The position numbers were made by a program, and so were the translations under genes. From contig PGYA01000007.1 in NCBI GenBank assembly GCA_002839435.1, positions 14,756-78,755 of the forward strand: a stretch of 64,000 bases of DNA, in the 5' to 3' direction. The stretch's first letter is position 1; every line of letters starts with the position of its first letter. This DNA is from Candidatus Riflebacteria bacterium HGW-Riflebacteria-2 (GTDB taxonomy: Bacteria; Muiribacteriota; Ozemobacteria; Ozemobacterales; Ozemobacteraceae). Below are positions 1 through 10,968 of the stretch, in pieces. The notes beneath the pieces are model-generated. The model was not told the DNA's origin. It was given only the letters and a program-made list of their open reading frames with translations, and did no database searches.

Positions 1-1428
1 AAGGATACGGGTTCCCAGTTCTTTATTAAGAGTCTCAAGGCGGGAAGCCAGGTTAACCGTTGTACCCATGACAGTGAATTCCTGCCGGCGCGAAGAACCA
101 ATGTTGCCGGCAAGCACTTCACCGGTGGCGATACCAACCCTTATATTGAACCCCTGCAAGCCACGATTGGCCCAGTCTGAACTCAGGAGTTCGAGTTCTT
201 CCATCATGGCGCAGGCAGCTTCCACAGCATTCTTAGCGGGATACGGCAGATCGCTGAGAACGCCAAAACGGGCCATAATAGCGTCTCCGATGAACTTGTC
301 GATTTCGCCCTGGTAATCGAGAATCACCTCGGTCATGCGTGACAGGTATTCGTTCATCAGGATGACAACTTCTTTGGGGTTCATACGAGAACTGAAAGCA
401 GTAAAACCAACTATGTCGGTGAACATAATTGCCGCAGTCTTGTTTACCCCACCGAGATCAATTTTTTCCGGGTTGCGCAACAGGCTTTCGATAAGCTCTG
501 CCGAAGTATAGCGCGAAAAAATTTCCTGCAATCGGCGTTTTTCAGCTATTTCATGTTCGGTCACCTGCTTGGCCGAGGTAAGCTCTTCACGCGTCTGCAC
601 AAAAATGTCAGCATTGGCCAGCGCACCGCCAATAAAGGTCGGTAGAGTTGACAAAAATCTGATCTCGCTTTCATCTATTTCGGTGTGGCCATCAGCAAAA
701 GCGGCTATATGCACAACGCCAAAATTCTTTTCCTTACCGAACAGCGGAATAGCGACAAGCATATTGGAAAGAGGTTCGCGGTCGAGTAATTTGCGTAACT
801 CGATATCGCTTGTCGCAGCATCGCGATAAATAGTCTGTTTTCTCTTGAGAGCGTAGGTCAGTGCATGCGCATTTTCGACCGACATTGAAAATTTTTCCAC
901 GGCTGAGTCGCTATAGCCCTGCCAACGAAAGGGGTAAAGCTCATGCTTGACTGGATCGACGAGAAAAATAACATAGCGGCTGGCGCCAATATCGACTTCG
1001 ATCAGGTTGGATATCGCATTGAAAAGCTCTTTGTGATCAAGCGTATCAAGCAGGTTTTTTACCTTGATCATGACCATCGTGAAACGTTGGCGCACCTGCT
1101 CGATCTTTTTGTCGAGTAAGGCCTGTTTGGCCTGATACTCGTTTCTTATCTTTCTAGCGTAAGAATCCTCAACTGTCTTTTTTACAGTGGCCTTGATCTG
1201 TACTGACTTGCCGAGCGACTTGTTAACCATTCCGAGAAATACGCCCAGCAAAGCTATGATGACAACCACCAGCGCAACTACGACTGACCAGGCAAAAGGC
1301 GAAGGCGCAATGACGATTGCCGGCGGGGTGTCGGCATGAGCACATGCCGCCACGGCAGCAATCGCTGCAATGACCAGCAGAATTATGCGAAAAGGCCGGC
1401 TGGACCTCGAATTAAACAATTTAACCAT
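1..1428 (-). CDS. GAF-domain class III adenylate/guanylate cyclase (5' partial; C-terminus runs off window start)
   Basis: Minus-strand translation starts at ATG 1428 (MVKLFNSRSS...) with a TM segment and GAF-like region. The cyclase core motifs are present: FTDIVGFT, KFIGDAIMARFG, VGIATGEVLAGNIGS and GTTVNLASRLE. Confidence 0.8.
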   Translation of the reverse strand, partial: MVKLFNSRSSRPFRIILLVIAAIAAVAACAHADTPPAIVIAPSPFAWSVVVALVVVIIALLGVFLGMVNKSLGKSVQIKATVKKTVEDSYARKIRNEYQAKQALLDKKIEQVRQRFTMVMIKVKNLLDTLDHKELFNAISNLIEVDIGASRYVIFLVDPVKHELYPFRWQGYSDSAVEKFSMSVENAHALTYALKRKQTIYRDAATSDIELRKLLDREPLSNMLVAIPLFGKEKNFGVVHIAAFADGHTEIDESEIRFLSTLPTFIGGALANADIFVQTREELTSAKQVTEHEIAEKRRLQEIFSRYTSAELIESLLRNPEKIDLGGVNKTAAIMFTDIVGFTAFSSRMNPKEVVILMNEYLSRMTEVILDYQGEIDKFIGDAIMARFGVLSDLPYPAKNAVEAACAMMEELELLSSDWANRGLQGFNIRVGIATGEVLAGNIGSSRRQEFTVMGTTVNLASRLETLNKELGTRIL

Positions 1429-1431
1429 AGA

Positions 1432-2106
1432 TCAGTATGTCGGTGCTGAATCTGAGAACGGCGCCACATTAAGACGAAATTTATGACTCATCGGAACTTT
1501 TAAATCTCTGGCGATATAGCCATCAGGCGGAGCCAGTGTCAGTGAGATTTCCAACAACGTACCAATTGCATCAGCATTGATACCTGCTACGATTTCTTCG
1601 GCATTGTTCGCTGTTTTTATAACAGAAGAAACGATGAATTCGATTGCCACCACATCATCGAGCACCGGTGCGCGACCGCCGCCGCCGTTGATAACCAGCC
1701 TCCGATTCTGTCTGGCAATCGAATATATACTGTGTTCGCTGGTGTGATTTGAACTGGCCATATCGTAAATTGTCCTGCTCACGTTCCAGGCAAGTATGTT
1801 GCCATTTGGAGCGGAGCTCGGGTCAGGATGAATTTTGACAGGCCGGGGCGATTCTGTCAGAGTAGGATTAAGAATGTCAGTACTGAATTCCAGCCGATTG
1901 GTCGCCTCTTCAAGAGCCTTACGCGCCTGGGCCCAGAAAATATCGGACTGTGCCGCACGCTCCTGCTTCCAGGCGGTAATTCTAAATGAGTCGCTGCTGC
2001 GACTGTACAAATACATTACCGCCATAATAAAAACAGAAAATACCATTATCGAAACGACAATTTCGATAATGGTAAAAGCTTTTTTATTCTGCAATCTTAA
2101 TCTCAA
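1432..2106 (-). CDS. pseudopilin / type IV pilin-like protein (prepilin N-terminal cleavage/methylation motif)
   Basis: N-terminus KKAFTIIEIVVSIMVFSVFIMAV matches the G/A-F-T-[LI]-I-E prepilin consensus with Glu at +5 followed by a hydrophobic helix. Confidence 0.6.
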   Translation of the reverse strand: MRLRLQNKKAFTIIEIVVSIMVFSVFIMAVMYLYSRSSDSFRITAWKQERAAQSDIFWAQARKALEEATNRLEFSTDILNPTLTESPRPVKIHPDPSSAPNGNILAWNVSRTIYDMASSNHTSEHSIYSIARQNRRLVINGGGGRAPVLDDVVAIEFIVSSVIKTANNAEEIVAGINADAIGTLLEISLTLAPPDGYIARDLKVPMSHKFRLNVAPFSDSAPTY

Positions 2107-2635
2107 CCAGTTCCTCCAGCGTTTTGCGGGTACCGTTAAAACTACCCCAAACCCTGACTCTCAGATAATCCTGCGTATAAAGACCGGACAAATTATGTGA
2201 AACCAGGTCGAACTCATCGACGCCAAAATCAAATGTACCGACGAGAGCAGCATCGCCAGCACCAGCAGAGCCTGTCTCAAGAAACTGCTTGATTTTTGCA
2301 GCCGGTGTATCAGCATTTGCCGTCTGCAGATCATGCAACCACATCATTCTGGTCATATTGAACTCGGCTGGGTCGGCGCCATTTTTAACATCAAGTGAAA
2401 GCTGATGTATCCGGTAGTATTCAGAAGGCAGAACGCGGTATTTATAAATCGCCAGCTGTATTCCCGACCTTGCCGCCATCAGAGCACGCGTCTGTTCATA
2501 CTGCTTGCCGAAAGTACCACGCTGCTGTCTGGTATTCATCAGCAGAATGCCAATCAGGGCGAGTATGGCAGTGCAAAATACCAATACCACAGCGATAGCT
2601 ACACCGCGTTTTGTACTATACAATTTTACCATCAT
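2084..2635 (-). CDS. minor pilin-like protein (GspK/PilX-like N-terminal anchor, no Glu5)
   Basis: N-terminus RGVAIAVVLVFCTAILALIGILL is a single N-terminal TM anchor of the PilX/GspK type. The ORF overlaps the flanking pseudopilin genes, so it sits in an operon. Confidence 0.45.
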   Translation of the reverse strand: MMVKLYSTKRGVAIAVVLVFCTAILALIGILLMNTRQQRGTFGKQYEQTRALMAARSGIQLAIYKYRVLPSEYYRIHQLSLDVKNGADPAEFNMTRMMWLHDLQTANADTPAAKIKQFLETGSAGAGDAALVGTFDFGVDEFDLVSHNLSGLYTQDYLRVRVWGSFNGTRKTLEELVEIKIAE

Positions 2636-3231
2636 CTGCTCATATCTGCGCGAAATGTTTCGAGATCAACCGCCTCGCGCTGACCATAATCAACCCGGAC
2701 CTTTACACAAACCAGGTCGTCGAAGCAGGAATAAGTCGCCACCGGTGCTGGAGGCGCCGGTGGAACCGGTGGAGGGCCGGGAGGAGCCTCGAAGTCTCTG
2801 AAACCAAAAACAAGAGCATCATTGTGCGGCGTTTCTATGTTCTGAGCTCGAAAAACCGTATTCACCCAGACACTTACCGAATAAGAAGCCCGGCCAATTG
2901 CTACCGCAGTCGAGCTTGCCGTCATGCCCGAGAATTCGAGAGAACCCTTGAACTCGCCCGATGGCGTCTGTATATTGAGAGGAATTGTGTCCAGCGAGCC
3001 TTCCAGCAGTTTGTTGTAGTTAACCGTCAACAAAACGTTGATAACAGCCTCACCAAGCTTTAGTGCCGTTTCCTGTTCTATCTGACGGGTGGCGGTGCCG
3101 TATGAAGTCGAAAAAGCGCCGATGGCAGGCAATATTGCAAGAGCCATAATTACAAGTGCGACAAGTATTTCGACCAGCGAAACCCCGCAGCGGGTACTTA
3201 AGGCTGTTCCGTGTCTACCTGTTCTTTTCAT
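2632..3231 (-). CDS. pseudopilin (prepilin N-terminal motif) with Pro-rich segment
   Basis: N-terminus GVSLVEILVALVIMALAILP matches the prepilin motif. There is a PPGPPPVPPAPPAP stretch near the C-terminus. Confidence 0.6.
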   Translation of the reverse strand: MKRTGRHGTALSTRCGVSLVEILVALVIMALAILPAIGAFSTSYGTATRQIEQETALKLGEAVINVLLTVNYNKLLEGSLDTIPLNIQTPSGEFKGSLEFSGMTASSTAVAIGRASYSVSVWVNTVFRAQNIETPHNDALVFGFRDFEAPPGPPPVPPAPPAPVATYSCFDDLVCVKVRVDYGQREAVDLETFRADMSR

Positions 3232-5656
3232 GCTTACGATCGATTACTCTGATGTTCGGGTTCTCATTGGTAACCCTCAGATACAGTCTCATGCTGCGTT
3301 CAAGACCGGCGTAATCAGTTGCCCTGACGTCAATGAACGGAAATCGTTGATTGATAAGCTCACCTTCCTCTGCACCGATAACATCAGGCGGGGTGGGTTC
3401 ACGGAAAACGACGCGAAGCTTGCCGTTAACACTTTCCTGCGTATCGATCGGTACCCGGTAACTGGCGCGTGGATGCTGGTTCGGCACTTCCACCATTATC
3501 TCACCATTATTGATACCGGTAGGAATGGAAACGATATTGTCGAGTTTCGCGCCGGCGCTGTCAATAGTTGCCCACTTGATGTTGTCATCGGTCCAGACAT
3601 CGATCAGATACTCAACGTCTTCCTGTATCATCGCTTTATTTCCAGGCAGTTCCAGCAGCGCAACTACCCTGCGCCCATAACTGTTGCGTTTACCAAAGGT
3701 TTCAATATCAAAATCCTGAGTTGCATCAGCTTGACGCATGTCAGACTGATCGTAAGACTCGAGTCTGAAATGCTTACGTATAAATTCGGGATCCGGGCTT
3801 GTTTTGAAGCGATTCAGCAAAATGCTTCGCTCCGTCGCATGCATTACATCACTATAAAAAATATCAACAATTCGAAAGTACAGGTCCTGACTGCCGTCCT
3901 CGACTCTGCTGCTCAAAAAGGGTATCGAGGTCGTCGGACCAAGAAAATCAACGTAATCAGCAACGTTCATATCGGCCGGTGCCGCTGATGACTTGTATTT
4001 TGTCGAATGAACTATAGTGAAATCGGGATCACCCTGTGGAATGACCGGCGGGAAGAAAATACGGCTGCCATCCTTGACCGATTCAAGCCTGATAACGATA
4101 TTTGGCAGATCGTTGTCGCGGATATTGACATAACCCTGGCCGCGGCGAAAATCAGAATTCAACTTGGCTTCCAGATCGCCCAGATAAACGTCATCAAAGG
4201 CTTCGACCGGGCGAAAATCAACCTGTATCGGCCAACCACGCGCAGCAAGAGGGTGCGTCAGCAGATTAGTATCTATAAGTTCGCCAGCAAAATTAACGTT
4301 AACGCTGCCAACAACCGTTGGTCCGAGACCGTAACAATTGACGGGATCATCATCATAAATCTTTGGATCCCCCGGATTCAAGTTACCGGACTCATCCCAG
4401 GCGTAAACCGTATAACGCATGGCACCATGGCATGAATTAGGCATGATGATATGATCAGTTTCGGCGCCAGACTGGATCACGCTGGGCTTTTCCATGACCC
4501 ATCTCTCTTCGTCTGCCCAGGTGATGGCCGGAGCTGCATCAATCTTGCCAAGCAACAGTGCTGTTCCGATTTTTCCGCCGGAATTGTCTTTGATTCTCAA
4601 GCCTTCAACCCGATACCAGTCACCGCTCGTGGCCGGTCTATTGATGCCAAGTTCAGGGAACTCTCCATCTATGCATCCTTCAATCATCGGTGGAGTTCGA
4701 TCTTTGAAGGTCATTATGAATTCTATTCCACTCTGATTTTCTACTATGGCAGAACCATCTTTTGTGTGCTCACCAATAATTGAAGCCAGATTCTTATAAA
4801 TATTGGGTTCGGTTACGTTGTGCTGGTCTCCCGAAGGTGAAGGATCTGACGGATCGGAAGGGTCGGAAGGGTCTGACGGATCGGAAGGGTCAGAAGGATC
4901 TGGCGGATCGGAAGGATCAGAAGGGTCTGGCGGATCGGAAGGGTCGGAAGGATCAGGCGGATCAGAAGGATCGGAAGGATCAGACGGATCGGAAGGATCG
5001 GAAGGATCAGACGGATCGGAAGGATCGGAAGGATCGGAAGGATCGGAAGGATCTGAAGGCGTCGCTCTGACGCAGGGAGGATATTCACAGAAAGCTCTGT
5101 ATTCCTGGCATGAAATGGCATTGGGCTCGGCCGTAAAAGGTTCAATGTATTTGTAATCTGTGCCCAGACACATAAAATATCTGCGCCGATGCGGATTTTC
5201 TGTATTCTCATAATCTCTAAAACGGAGACCGGCCAGAGGACGAAGTTTTTGCGGACGCCAGAACTCCTCACCGGTATCTTCATCGCGCTGCATGTAGCCA
5301 GAGTCGAGATAAAAATTCAGCAACAGGAAATCAGCAAAATTGATCCGAGCTGTAGAAAAAATCAGACCACCATTGCTGTTGAGCAGACTAAAAAAATCGT
5401 CGGCAGTTCTCTTTCTGGCAAAACCACCAAAGGTACTGCTGATATAGCCCTGATTGACAACCGAATCTTCGCTCGCAACCGTCATCTTGATGCCGGTTAT
5501 CCGGTCAACATCTTCATAGGTATCGACAGGGTTACCAAAGTCACTCTCAATCTGTACCGACTGAAGTATCGACATGGTATAGGCATCCTGAGCCATAACT
5601 CTGCCAGTTATCAGCGTTACGAACAAGAACAGACAAACACAAAACAGTCTTTTCAT
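3215..5656 (-). CDS. large secreted protein (813 aa) with a ~35x Pro-Ser-Asp tandem-repeat linker; possible pilus-associated adhesin
   Basis: Signal peptide MKRLFCVCLFLFVTLITGRVMA. Long (PSD)n low-complexity segment. The start overlaps the stop of the downstream pseudopilin gene, so it is in the same operon. Confidence 0.6.
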   Translation of the reverse strand: MKRLFCVCLFLFVTLITGRVMAQDAYTMSILQSVQIESDFGNPVDTYEDVDRITGIKMTVASEDSVVNQGYISSTFGGFARKRTADDFFSLLNSNGGLIFSTARINFADFLLLNFYLDSGYMQRDEDTGEEFWRPQKLRPLAGLRFRDYENTENPHRRRYFMCLGTDYKYIEPFTAEPNAISCQEYRAFCEYPPCVRATPSDPSDPSDPSDPSDPSDPSDPSDPSDPSDPSDPPDPSDPSDPPDPSDPSDPPDPSDPSDPSDPSDPSDPSDPSPSGDQHNVTEPNIYKNLASIIGEHTKDGSAIVENQSGIEFIMTFKDRTPPMIEGCIDGEFPELGINRPATSGDWYRVEGLRIKDNSGGKIGTALLLGKIDAAPAITWADEERWVMEKPSVIQSGAETDHIIMPNSCHGAMRYTVYAWDESGNLNPGDPKIYDDDPVNCYGLGPTVVGSVNVNFAGELIDTNLLTHPLAARGWPIQVDFRPVEAFDDVYLGDLEAKLNSDFRRGQGYVNIRDNDLPNIVIRLESVKDGSRIFFPPVIPQGDPDFTIVHSTKYKSSAAPADMNVADYVDFLGPTTSIPFLSSRVEDGSQDLYFRIVDIFYSDVMHATERSILLNRFKTSPDPEFIRKHFRLESYDQSDMRQADATQDFDIETFGKRNSYGRRVVALLELPGNKAMIQEDVEYLIDVWTDDNIKWATIDSAGAKLDNIVSIPTGINNGEIMVEVPNQHPRASYRVPIDTQESVNGKLRVVFREPTPPDVIGAEEGELINQRFPFIDVRATDYAGLERSMRLYLRVTNENPNIRVIDRKHEKNR
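4838..5057. repeat. imperfect 9-bp tandem repeat (GGATCGGAA-like units) encoding the (PSD)n linker
   Basis: Direct reading of the sequence shows about 25 tandem 9-mers with point variants (G/A/C at wobble positions). Confidence 0.8.
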
Positions 5657-7152
5657 GCTCCACTCCCTGTCTGGTCATCAATTATGGCATAAGCCATGCC
5701 TTCAAAAGTTTCATTGTCTTTCACTTTACTATAACTCATAATAAGGTCGCGCTCAATACGTTTGACAAATTTCGGGTGCCAGCCAGTAATTTGCGTCGCC
5801 AGACCGCTCAAAACCGCCTCTTCAAAGTCACTTTCATAAGCAGCATATTTGAGCTGCTTACGGGCAAGAGCGACAAAGTAATATGCACGTGAACGTAGAG
5901 AACCACTCTCGAGGCTATAGGTGAGAAAACGCTGAGCGCCCTCGATCTGACCGACTTTAAACAGGCTTATGCCGACTAGATAATTCAACCATGGTACGTT
6001 AAGATCGCGGGCAATACTGACAAGTTCGCCGAGACAATCAACCGGAGATCTAAAAAAAATCACCGGCAGGCATTTAACAAAGGTCCAGGCGGAACCCAGC
6101 GAAAAACGCATCAGCAGATCTTCGCCAGCTTTCCAGGAATAGTAGACAGCCAGCGGAATGAGTGCAATAAAGAAAAGCAGAAGAAGATACGAAGCCATGA
6201 AAGCCATAAAATGGCACTCAAAGCGGAAGCCCAGTGTCTGATAAGTCTTACCGGACTTTTCATTGCGACTGAAACCCAGTGCCATAAGATAGTCTTTCTG
6301 GCCGTAATAACATTCTGAAAACAACGGAAAAAGAGTATCATCATCAGGATTGAGATGATGATATTTCCAGAAATCAACCAGAGCATCATCGTAATCTTTC
6401 AGTTTGAGATGAGCCTTACCACGTAAAAGCAGGTATTCGATACGATCAGGTGAATCGGCGATCAAAACCGTCAATGCGTTGATCGTTTCAAGCATGCGGC
6501 CTTCCAGAAATGCGGTCTCAGCTTTTTCGACAAAGGTCTCGATCTGGTTGATGTGATCGATTCTGGCCTTCAACGCAAGCGCCGGCTTGTAGTCAGGTTC
6601 GCGCTTGAGTATTACATCAAGCATTTCCATGGATCTGACACGGTCGCCCTGCGCAAAAAAACCTTGCGCCCGGTTCATGTAGGAGATCGTCGAATAACTA
6701 TCGAGATCATGCGCTCGACCACTTGAAACATCGACCTGGATTCCCTGTGATTGGTATTCTTCTATTTTTCGGTATATCACGGTTACCCGCTGCATATTTT
6801 CAAGAGCAAACTGGTTTTCTGGCGATAAAGCCAGCATTTCCTGCAGCAGCTTTTCGGCGTCGGGAACATTTTTTGCCGACAGATAAAACTCGATCTGCTG
6901 CTGAAGTTTATCTATTTTTTCATCCAGCGCCCTCTTGAGCTTGTCAGAGAATTCCTTTACTTTTTCGTCATTCGCATCGATTTTTTCGGCACGCTGTAAA
7001 AAATTGCGGGCCTGGACAAGATTACCGTTGTCAAAGGAAACTTCGGCACGGCGGAGATACTCGCGCGCCTGCCCGCTGTACGCCAAAATCGGGGTTGGCA
7101 CCCCAACCATAAGCAATACAAGTATGCATACTATTAAGTAAACTTTTGTCAT
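5653..7152 (-). CDS. TPR-repeat protein with N-terminal signal/anchor and an internal TM segment
   Basis: Signal-like N-terminus. Several TPR-like helical repeats (e.g. ALGFSRNEKSGKTYQTLGF... AKARIDHINQIETFVEKAETAFLEGR). Internal hydrophobic stretch MAFMASYLLLLFFIALIPLAVYY. Confidence 0.55.
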   Translation of the reverse strand: MTKVYLIVCILVLLMVGVPTPILAYSGQAREYLRRAEVSFDNGNLVQARNFLQRAEKIDANDEKVKEFSDKLKRALDEKIDKLQQQIEFYLSAKNVPDAEKLLQEMLALSPENQFALENMQRVTVIYRKIEEYQSQGIQVDVSSGRAHDLDSYSTISYMNRAQGFFAQGDRVRSMEMLDVILKREPDYKPALALKARIDHINQIETFVEKAETAFLEGRMLETINALTVLIADSPDRIEYLLLRGKAHLKLKDYDDALVDFWKYHHLNPDDDTLFPLFSECYYGQKDYLMALGFSRNEKSGKTYQTLGFRFECHFMAFMASYLLLLFFIALIPLAVYYSWKAGEDLLMRFSLGSAWTFVKCLPVIFFRSPVDCLGELVSIARDLNVPWLNYLVGISLFKVGQIEGAQRFLTYSLESGSLRSRAYYFVALARKQLKYAAYESDFEEAVLSGLATQITGWHPKFVKRIERDLIMSYSKVKDNETFEGMAYAIIDDQTGSGA

Positions 7153-7270
7153 TTCCCGCTATTCTAACAGTATACGGCCGGAACCGTACCCTGCTGTCAA
7201 TTCCTGTTACAGAGATAACGTTGAAATCAAGTCGAAAGTTTCATAAGACTTTACAATTATTCGGCAGCTT

Positions 7271-7299
7271 TTGACAATTTTGGCAGCAACTGATAAGAT
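7271..7299 (+). promoter_or_regulatory. sigma70-like promoter upstream of fba (TTGACA-17 bp-TAAGAT)
   Basis: TTGACA at 7271-7276, a 17-nt spacer, then TAAGAT at 7294-7299. The RBS CAGGAGG sits 13 nt before ATG 7359. Confidence 0.45.
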
Positions 7300-7307
7300 G
7301 CGACTGA

Positions 7308-8300
<993 letters not shown>

Positions 8301-8343
8301 TTCATTGCAACCAGACAAAACACAGTGACATAATCGTATGACC

Positions 8344-8371
8344 GTAGGGGTTCAGCCTGCTGAACCCCTAC
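8344..8371 (+). terminator. intrinsic terminator-like hairpin after fba
   Basis: Perfect 12-bp stem GTAGGGGTTCAG/CTGAACCCCTAC with a 4-nt loop, followed by ATTCATTTTGAC. It lies 43 nt after the fba stop codon. Confidence 0.5.
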
Positions 8372-8415
8372 ATTCATTTTGACACCGGGTTGAATTGCGT
8401 CTAGAATATGTATCT

Positions 8416-8922
8416 ATGAATAACCTGAAAACAATATTCTGCCTGTTAACGATCTTTTGTATGGTGCTGATTTTGGCCGGCTGCGGCGGTGGTGGCGGGG
8501 GCAGCAGTGATTACACGCTGTCACCCGAAGAGCTTGAGGTAGCCACAGCAGTCGAAGCATTTGCTGCTGCCGTTAAGACCGAGAACCTTGCTTCTGCCAT
8601 GTCTTACGTTTTTTCTAACCTCAAGTATTTCAATTCGATCAAGCCAGCCGATCACACAGAGTTTCAGAAACGCCTTGAAAATTTGTTCGAAAAAGCCACG
8701 GTTGTAGACTTTACTATTACCAATATCGGCGTCAACATGGGTGGAGAGGATTTTGCTTCGATTATCGGCCAGCTGACACTCGTTTACAGCGTCGATGGAT
8801 CAGTTGCCACACTTAGCGAAAGCATTGACATCAGTTTGGAAAGAGATAGCGGGAAATGGGGCTTTACGCAGATATCCGGCCGCAATGAACTCATGATCAC
8901 CGCTTTTCCACCGGCATTGTAA
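8416..8922 (+). CDS. lipoprotein of unknown function
   Basis: Signal peptide with lipobox LILAGC, then a Gly-rich linker GGGGGGSS. Confidence 0.5.
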   Translation: MNNLKTIFCLLTIFCMVLILAGCGGGGGGSSDYTLSPEELEVATAVEAFAAAVKTENLASAMSYVFSNLKYFNSIKPADHTEFQKRLENLFEKATVVDFTITNIGVNMGGEDFASIIGQLTLVYSVDGSVATLSESIDISLERDSGKWGFTQISGRNELMITAFPPAL

Positions 8923-8949
8923 CAAAATTAACGGGAGGAGCCTGCTCTG

Positions 8950-10368
8950 ATGACCTGCACAGTAGTGCCCGTCGAATCGAAGGATCTGCTGCGACTTGAT
9001 TTTTCGCTGACTCCAGCAGCCTGGAGTGAAGTTGCCGGCGACAATGTTTCGATAATGGCGATCGAGAACGGTCTGGCGATCTTTTCGTTTGCGACCGGAG
9101 CAATGCTTGACAGTGCACCTGCTGATTCCCGCCTGCTGGCAAAATTGCCGACAGCAACTGCTGTTGCGCTGAATCGGCACACCCAGGGAACCGCAGCAGA
9201 AGAAAACCTGCTGTTCAAGTTCGAGCGTTTCGACCTGACCGGGCAATTTGCCGCAGGAATCAGTTTGCAGGCGACCGGCGACACAGCCGGCGCGATAACC
9301 GCATACCAGAAGGTAATAGAGGCTGATGCCGGCGTTGGCAGAGTTTATAATCTGCTTGGTCTGTGTCAGCGCCTGAAAAACGAGACTGCCGCCGCTGAAG
9401 CTTCTTACTACAAGGCACTCGAAGTTTTTGCCGATGCTCCTGATGCCTGGTGCAACCTTGGCATTCTCTACCAGAAAACAGGCCACGACATGAGAGCCCA
9501 GGAGTTTTTCAGCAAAGCACTCAAACGTGATGAGTTTTATTTCAACGCTCTGCTACGACGGGCGGCCTGGTTTCTTGAAACCGGCCAGGTCGCAAATTCT
9601 GAGTTTACCACGCTGAACCTCAGGCTGCTCATGCACTACAGCGAACTGGCAACGGTGCAGCGGCATCTCATCAGCAGTGCCGAGCGTCTCGACATGTCTA
9701 TCGAAGATTACTGCGAACAGCTGCACAGTGACCATGGTATTCTCGCCAACAGCAAAATTCAGCAGTATTTCAGACAAATAGAAGCGTTTATCAACAATGG
9801 CGCCTTTGCTCAGGCAACTGGTTATATACAGATGCTGAGCGGCCTTATTCGACAAATGCATGGTGAACAGCAGATAACCGGGTGGCTGCAACCCAGACTC
9901 AAAAAGATCGGCAGACGGTTTCCGACCGAATCTTCTTATGAATTCGTAAAAGCAGTCAGACAGTTGTCAACACCAGATAACCAGCCGCAGGCATCAGATA
10001 AACCTGAACGCAAACCCTTGACCGGCCCGGAGTTCTTTTCGATGGTACTGCTCGAAATAATGCGTGATGGGCAGATAGAGCCGGCCGAGCAGGAATTGAT
10101 AAAGAAGCTGAAGGCAGCGCTCAATGTTCCTGACGAAATGTTCATGAAAATGTTCAACAACGTCAGGCGTCAGCTTGCCGGCGTAGAACTTTCCGGCGGG
10201 TTACGTGAACGTTTCAGTCATCAGCGCCTGTTCAAAAACCTTTGTCAGGCAGCTTTTCGTGATGGCGTTATCGAAGAATCCGAAAAAAAGATTCTGGGTT
10301 TTGCCTGCCGGGCATTTGGTATATCATCAGAAGAGTTCAAACGAATAATATCCGAGGTTGTCAGATGA
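8950..10368 (+). CDS. TPR-repeat protein with C-terminal TerB-like tandem motifs
   Basis: TPR-like repeats (AITAYQKVIEADAGVGRVYNLLGLCQ... AWCNLGILYQKTGHDMRAQEFFSKALKRD). The C-terminus carries two DG[QV]IE...E..L motifs (DGQIEPAEQELIKKLKAALNVPDEMF and DGVIEESEKKILGFACRAFGISSEEFKRI) typical of the TerB fold. Confidence 0.55.
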   Translation: MTCTVVPVESKDLLRLDFSLTPAAWSEVAGDNVSIMAIENGLAIFSFATGAMLDSAPADSRLLAKLPTATAVALNRHTQGTAAEENLLFKFERFDLTGQFAAGISLQATGDTAGAITAYQKVIEADAGVGRVYNLLGLCQRLKNETAAAEASYYKALEVFADAPDAWCNLGILYQKTGHDMRAQEFFSKALKRDEFYFNALLRRAAWFLETGQVANSEFTTLNLRLLMHYSELATVQRHLISSAERLDMSIEDYCEQLHSDHGILANSKIQQYFRQIEAFINNGAFAQATGYIQMLSGLIRQMHGEQQITGWLQPRLKKIGRRFPTESSYEFVKAVRQLSTPDNQPQASDKPERKPLTGPEFFSMVLLEIMRDGQIEPAEQELIKKLKAALNVPDEMFMKMFNNVRRQLAGVELSGGLRERFSHQRLFKNLCQAAFRDGVIEESEKKILGFACRAFGISSEEFKRIISEVVR

Positions 10369-10946
10369 ACACGGACAATGACCAGCTGGAATCAGAATTC
10401 TCACCACTCGCGATCATCGCCCAGATAAAGACCTACCTGGATGCCGCCGAAATCAGATATCACGACATCGCCGATGATGCGATCGAGCTTTACATGCAGG
10501 GCCACAACCTGACGATGCACGTGGTCGTCTATGTACACAACAATCATCTCATTCTGCGCATACCCGGCTTCATCAGGAACATTGAAATGTACCGATCAGA
10601 CATCATGCAGTTTCTGATGCAGGTAATGAATGATATTCTCGATATCAGGTTCGAAATCGGCAAAGACGGCAAAAGCCTCTCAGCCTGCTGCCAACACATT
10701 CTCGAAGACACCATGATCACCCGACGTCAGTTTGACCTTGCTTTCATGGTGCTGATTCACATTGTTGACGATACTTACCCGCACCTGATGAAACTGATTT
10801 ACCAGTCCGATAGCGCCAATAGTCCAGAAATAGCTGGCGATTTTGCGGAAGCACCAGAGCAAAACAGCCTTGAAGAGGAAGAAAGCGAAGAAACTGAAGA
10901 CTTTGCACCAATCGAAGACAGCGAGCAAACCCGCAAGATTAACTGA
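10365..10946 (+). CDS. YbjN-like (T3SS-chaperone-like) small acidic protein
   Basis: About 190 aa with an acidic C-terminal tail. The pattern of alternating beta/alpha segments resembles the YbjN family. The start overlaps the upstream stop (ATGA), so it is probably translationally coupled. The family assignment is tentative. Confidence 0.4.
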   Translation: MNTDNDQLESEFSPLAIIAQIKTYLDAAEIRYHDIADDAIELYMQGHNLTMHVVVYVHNNHLILRIPGFIRNIEMYRSDIMQFLMQVMNDILDIRFEIGKDGKSLSACCQHILEDTMITRRQFDLAFMVLIHIVDDTYPHLMKLIYQSDSANSPEIAGDFAEAPEQNSLEEEESEETEDFAPIEDSEQTRKIN

Positions 10947-10968
10947 GAAAGAAAAAGGAGCTGCAACA

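Noticed and set aside
4803-5156. 117-aa ORF (GSEGSE)n on the plus strand, and the 96-aa (DRKDRK)n ORF at 4780-5070
   Set aside because: These are antisense or alternate-frame readings of the 9-bp tandem repeat inside the 813-aa minus-strand gene.
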